This document shows positions 25,079 to 25,985 of a stretch of 25,985 nucleotides of DNA, one piece after another. The stretch is taken from contig CAMLUY010000001.1 of the NCBI GenBank assembly GCA_946487985.1, positions 1 through 25,985 of the forward strand, read 5' to 3'. Numbering within the stretch: position 1 is the stretch's first letter; every line of letters begins with the position of its first letter. The notes under the pieces were generated by a model. The model had not been told where the DNA came from and made no database searches. It saw only the letters and a program-made list of their open reading frames with translations. Position numbers and translations under genes: made by a program. Source of the DNA: an uncultured Clostridia bacterium (lineage in GTDB: Bacteria; Bacillota; Clostridia; Christensenellales; UBA1242).

Positions 25079-25985
25079 ATGAAAAAGATTATCATCTCTT
25101 CGGTTTGCATGATTATGGCATTGACTATGACAGGTTGCGCAAGCAACAACGAAACGCAGGCGCTCGAAAATGTAAATGCGCAGGTAAATAAGGTTTACAG
25201 CGTTGTAAACTCGACGGGCATGAATGAAACAAGCGAGGTAAGCCCTGCTGGCACGTATAATGACAATACTGCAAACAATCAGCTTTCTTCTTTGAGAGGA
25301 AGGTCATACCAAAACATGATTGAGGAAGACTATCTGAGGCAAGAGGCACTTGAACTATGCAACTGCTTGAAGGACGCAAGTGCAAACAAGTATAAGCTTG
25401 GCAAGCAAAACGTAGCAGCCTTGAAAAGTCTAACTGTCGATCTTGATAAGTACGCCACTCTTCTTGAAGAAACCAAGCCAGAAGTCAAGGACCAAGTCAA
25501 AGCCATCAAAAAGCATACGCAATTTAAATCTCTTGATATGCAACAGGCAACAAGCTCATACAATTCTCTCAACAATGTCATGACTGAACGACGTGCCTAT
25601 CTTGACAACCTTATCAATACCATGAACGAAATTGAGAATATTTTGCAAAACAGCCAGGTTGAAGACGGCAGCAATACCAAAAATATCACGCAAAACTCTA
25701 ACATTACAGATACAAACCAAATAAATAATAGCGAAAATGTAATTGACGGTGAAAACGACATAACCGATGATAATTCAACAAACCAAGATGTGAACCAGGA
25801 AAATACCAACTACTCGCACAGACGTTTTCACAGGCATAACAGGTGGCGGAAAAGAAACGAACAAGCACAATATTATCGTCCAGAAAACCAAACGCAAGAG
25901 CAAACCACAAACACCACTGAAAATACAAAAACTAAACAGAGATTTAAGAAAAACATAGACACGTATAATAATCAGATAAACAATA
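25079..25985 (+). CDS. Putative lipoprotein, 3'-truncated by the window edge (absent from the supplied ORF track)
   Basis: GGAGG RBS; MKKIIISSVCMIMALTMTG-C lipobox (Cys20); frame stays open to the window end. Helical middle and N/T/Q-rich low-complexity tail. Confidence 0.85.
   Translation, partial: MKKIIISSVCMIMALTMTGCASNNETQALENVNAQVNKVYSVVNSTGMNETSEVSPAGTYNDNTANNQLSSLRGRSYQNMIEEDYLRQEALELCNCLKDASANKYKLGKQNVAALKSLTVDLDKYATLLEETKPEVKDQVKAIKKHTQFKSLDMQQATSSYNSLNNVMTERRAYLDNLINTMNEIENILQNSQVEDGSNTKNITQNSNITDTNQINNSENVIDGENDITDDNSTNQDVNQENTNYSHRRFHRHNRWRKRNEQAQYYRPENQTQEQTTNTTENTKTKQRFKKNIDTYNNQINN

Noticed and set aside
1-25985. Alternative genetic code (UGA, AGG, CGA or CGG reassignment)
   Set aside because: All core genes are full length in code 11 and TGA ends several of them. 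AGG encodes the conserved Arg in PNPase PLRPLF, CGA the Arg pair in TyrS EARR, and CGG a K/R position in SmpB. The conserved Trp codons checked are TGG.
1-25985. CRISPR array, transposase or prophage genes
   Set aside because: No regularly spaced direct repeats and no DDE, HUH, integrase or phage motifs in any ORF.

Overview
Housekeeping chromosomal window from a spore-forming Firmicute of Clostridia type (inferred from spoVAC/D/Eb, yunB, a T-box and gene order; possibly an uncultured, streamlined lineage). Most genes are on the minus strand. In order: the 5' part of tRNA-Trp; a HAD nucleotidase (+); a MazF/EndoA toxin with a 90-aa upstream ORF; acpS, recX, yigZ; T-box-controlled tyrS; the GGGtGRT/NifU-like pair; ung (+); an acidic membrane-anchored protein; tmRNA and smpB; pnp and rpsO; hemZ, rel and recJ; a C4 zinc-ribbon protein, sigA and dnaG; yunB; spoVAEb/D/C; and a divergent lipoprotein truncated at the window end. 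No mobile element or CRISPR array was seen. Main observations: (1) the long RSH has intact synthetase motifs but no hydrolase motifs, unusual for a Firmicute; (2) three intergenic regions fold into four-way-junction or rod structures of similar architecture but different sequence; (3) an intact-looking MazF has no canonical antitoxin and could be controlled by a novel ORF, paired terminators or antisense read-through; (4) tRNA-Trp has a 4-bp anticodon stem; (5) the tmRNA tag is long and contains Cys; (6) some mRNAs look leaderless. All annotations come from motif recognition by eye, without database searches.
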